This document shows, piece by piece, positions 61,991 to 64,000 of a stretch of DNA of 64,000 nt. The number at the start of each line of letters is the position of its first letter. The first letter of the stretch is position 1. The notes below the pieces were generated by a model. The model was not told where the DNA came from. It made no database searches and was given only the letters and a program-made list of their open reading frames with translations. The stretch comes from Octopus bimaculoides (taxonomy: Eukaryota): positions 3,487,704 through 3,551,703 of the forward strand of contig NC_068998.1 in assembly GCF_001194135.2 (NCBI RefSeq), written 5' to 3'. A program made the position numbers and the translations under genes.

Positions 61991-63204
61991 GATGGTGATG
62001 ATAGGTGGAGGTATAGCTGTGGGATTAAGACATTCACTTCTTCCTAACCACATGGTTTCAGGTTCAGTCCCACTGTGTGACACATTGGGCAAGTGTCTTC
62101 TACAACAGCCCTGGGACAACTAAAGCTTCATGAGTGAATCTGACAGACAGAAACTGAAAAGAAGACCATTGTAAGTATGCATTGTGTGTGCCTGCACAGG
62201 TGAACGCTTGTGTGTGAGTTTGCTTCTGCACTCCAGTGAAAGTCGTTAATATTCAAGCCATGTTGCTGTTGTCACTTGTCAACAAATTGTCTGCTTTTCT
62301 GTGGGTCCTTAGTTGAAAAGCGGGTAAATGGTTAGCTTCAAGAAGGGCATTTGGCTGTATAATCACTGCTGTAATATCATATCAACTTAACCCATGCCAG
62401 CATGGTAAAACAGATATAGAAACAATTAGTGAATATTTAATCATAAACATACTACACCCTCTGTCCTCTCACCACTCCATCATTTATTCTTCTTCCACAA
62501 TTACTACTACTACTACTACTATTACTACAATGGCTTCTGCTCTTCTGAATTAGCAAGTTACTTATCACCTCCACCCAACACTACTGGTTGAACACTCACC
62601 TTCCTAATCTCAACTCTGCTACGTCTCACCAGTCAGATCCCAGCACGAGATGATATTTCCTGCAACTCAACCTCTCTCTACTCTTCCCTACTCTCACTCC
62701 CTCCTCTTCGCTCTTTCACTTCTCTCTTCCTTCCTTGCTCTTAGTCTTCCCCTTCACTCTTGCTCTCTCCCCCTCCTCCATCACTCACTCTCTCACTCTC
62801 TCTCTCCCTCCCACCACATGATCACCCCCCACAGACATCCAGACATTGACCAACAAAAAGTGCAGACCAAACACCAACCACATCAGTCTGAAAGTCTAAG
62901 AGGAGTTGCAAAGGTCATGGTTGCTGCATCTCTTCTTAACTCCAATTAAATATTAATAATAATAATAACAGCAACAACAAATTACTCCAGACATATATTT
63001 CCATGATTGGTTAAATTTAATTTAATCATATAAAAACTGTAATTTATACTTACTTGTCACTATCACAGTAATATCCAGCAACCTGAAATATTAAGAAAAA
63101 GGAAAATGTTACAAATAGTACACAGCACTTTTAATTAGACATTTTGAAATCTAAATATTCTTGAAATTAATTGGCATATGAATGTTTCATATATATATAT
63201 ATAT

Positions 63205-63252
<48 letters not shown>

Positions 63253-63968
63253 AGTCAAGTTTATAGTGATTGTCAAAGTTTCAAGTGTTTGGGTTTATAT
63301 TTTAATTATTCTGTGTGTGTGCGTGCGTGAGAAAGAGAGAGAGGATGTGTCTCCATGTATATGTGTATGTGAGAGAGAGGGGGGGGGGAAGCATAACAGT
63401 TAGTCTGGTAAATGGAACTAATCAACAATATCAACAGCAACAGACATAATGATGATGGTCTGGTGGCTGGAGACATTTATAGAGCTGACCTGGTTACTCA
63501 AAGTACACAAGCACCAGAATAAATTATGTTTATAAACACACACAAACGCATGCATGCATACAGACAGACACATGCATGCATGCACGCACACATGCACACA
63601 TACACACGTATATGCACACATACACACACACACAGAAGACAAAAATTCTAGGAATTACTTGCAGCAATTCTGCAGCAATCACATGATGCATAAAGGCTAA
63701 AAGCACTCACCAGTACCATATTTGGTTGATACAAAAGAAGAAGAACAACAACACTAGTGTACAAATGACACAAGGACCCATCACTGGTTATGCCAGTCCT
63801 ACATGGGTCCCAAACTCTCCATAACAAATCACAAACTTACAAAATATATACAAAATCATTTACATCCAGGCTGCACAAAGACCACCTACACCATGAATAA
63901 AGGCACACCAAATAGAAGACAGCCTGGATATGCAAGAAGCACAGATTGTCGCTGCAGCTAGTTTCCAT
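47478..63968 (-). CDS. VOPP1/WBP1-family single-pass membrane protein (whole gene model; 5' end may extend beyond the window)
   Basis: complement(join(47478..47612,47915..48050,59770..59847,63841..63968)); phases 2/2/0 consistent, 158 aa. Contains [22 protein letters not shown] followed by a TM helix, matching the Cys-rich WBP1/VOPP1 N-terminal motif; LWYFWF is as in VOPP1. Confidence 0.8.
47915..48050 (-). CDS. VOPP1/WBP1-like TM exon ([25 protein letters not shown]...HGAMNA)
   Basis: Long pyrimidine tract plus ccag acceptor; GCT|gtatgt donor; phase 2-0. Confidence 0.88.
50490..50860 (+). mobile_element. Degenerate RTE-like LINE ORF2 fragment
   Basis: DDYHLLSS and [39 protein letters not shown] resemble the post-RT region (FRATVESVLLYG.E.WT...LDG.YT.LL). 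Confidence 0.6.
52885..53118 (+). repeat. Unclassified interspersed repeat (ttcacattgtt...agaatgacattgtagggtaggtgtgagagg...aaatgctaaa)
   Basis: Similar copies at approximately 10260-10480 and 55975-56130. Confidence 0.8.
57075..57275 (+). mobile_element. SINE family E (gggtacacgtgtctgtggagtgctcagccacttgca...gatcaactggaac); representative copy
   Basis: Related copies at approximately 2085-2340, 17085-17335, 26000-26335 and 37675-37925. Confidence 0.8.
58080..58330 (-). mobile_element. SINE family D (tttcagtcatttgactgtggccatgctggagc...); representative copy
   Basis: Related copies at approximately 13345-13480, 13610-13860 and 50850-51060. Confidence 0.8.
59770..59847 (-). CDS. VOPP1/WBP1-like Cys-rich exon ([26 protein letters not shown])
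   Basis: tttcag acceptor; TG|gtaata donor; phase 2-2. Confidence 0.92.
63841..63968 (-). CDS. Candidate 5' exon of the VOPP1/WBP1-like gene ([42 protein letters not shown])
   Basis: TT|gtaagt donor in the required phase 2; hydrophobic, signal-like segment; possible acceptor ccag at 63992-63995 with the frame open upstream of the ATG. Confidence 0.55.
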
Positions 63969-64000
63969 CCCAACATCCAGCTTCTTCACAGCTGGAAATT

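Overview
AT-rich, microsatellite- and SINE-dense eukaryotic scaffold with about 10 N-gaps. The repeat families suggest a cephalopod, probably Octopus (inference). Reading splice sites by hand gives three intron-containing genes. (1) CFAP69 on the minus strand (3205-27408): 22 phase-consistent coding exons, 882 aa. The exon expected between the first two found exons is not visible and may lie in gap 24446-24858. An RFX X-box sits 308 nt upstream of the ATG. (2) An uncharacterised 191-aa type II membrane protein with an 8-Cys ectodomain on the plus strand (29976-39225, 5 exons), head-to-head with CFAP69 across an NRF1/ETS/YY1-type motif cluster. (3) A VOPP1/WBP1-family single-pass membrane protein on the minus strand (47478 to at least 63968) that lacks PPxY motifs. 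The least expected signal is a cluster of minimal type I hammerhead-ribozyme motifs on the plus strand (38945, 40235, 41525, 41796). The best one lies inside a tRNA-headed SINE-like element, in sense orientation within intron 4 of gene 2. The rest is tRNA-derived SINEs, RTE-like LINE fragments, Tc1/mariner fragments and MITEs, hairpin elements with TTAGGG-like loops, and microsatellites. All calls come from manual reading; no searches were run.
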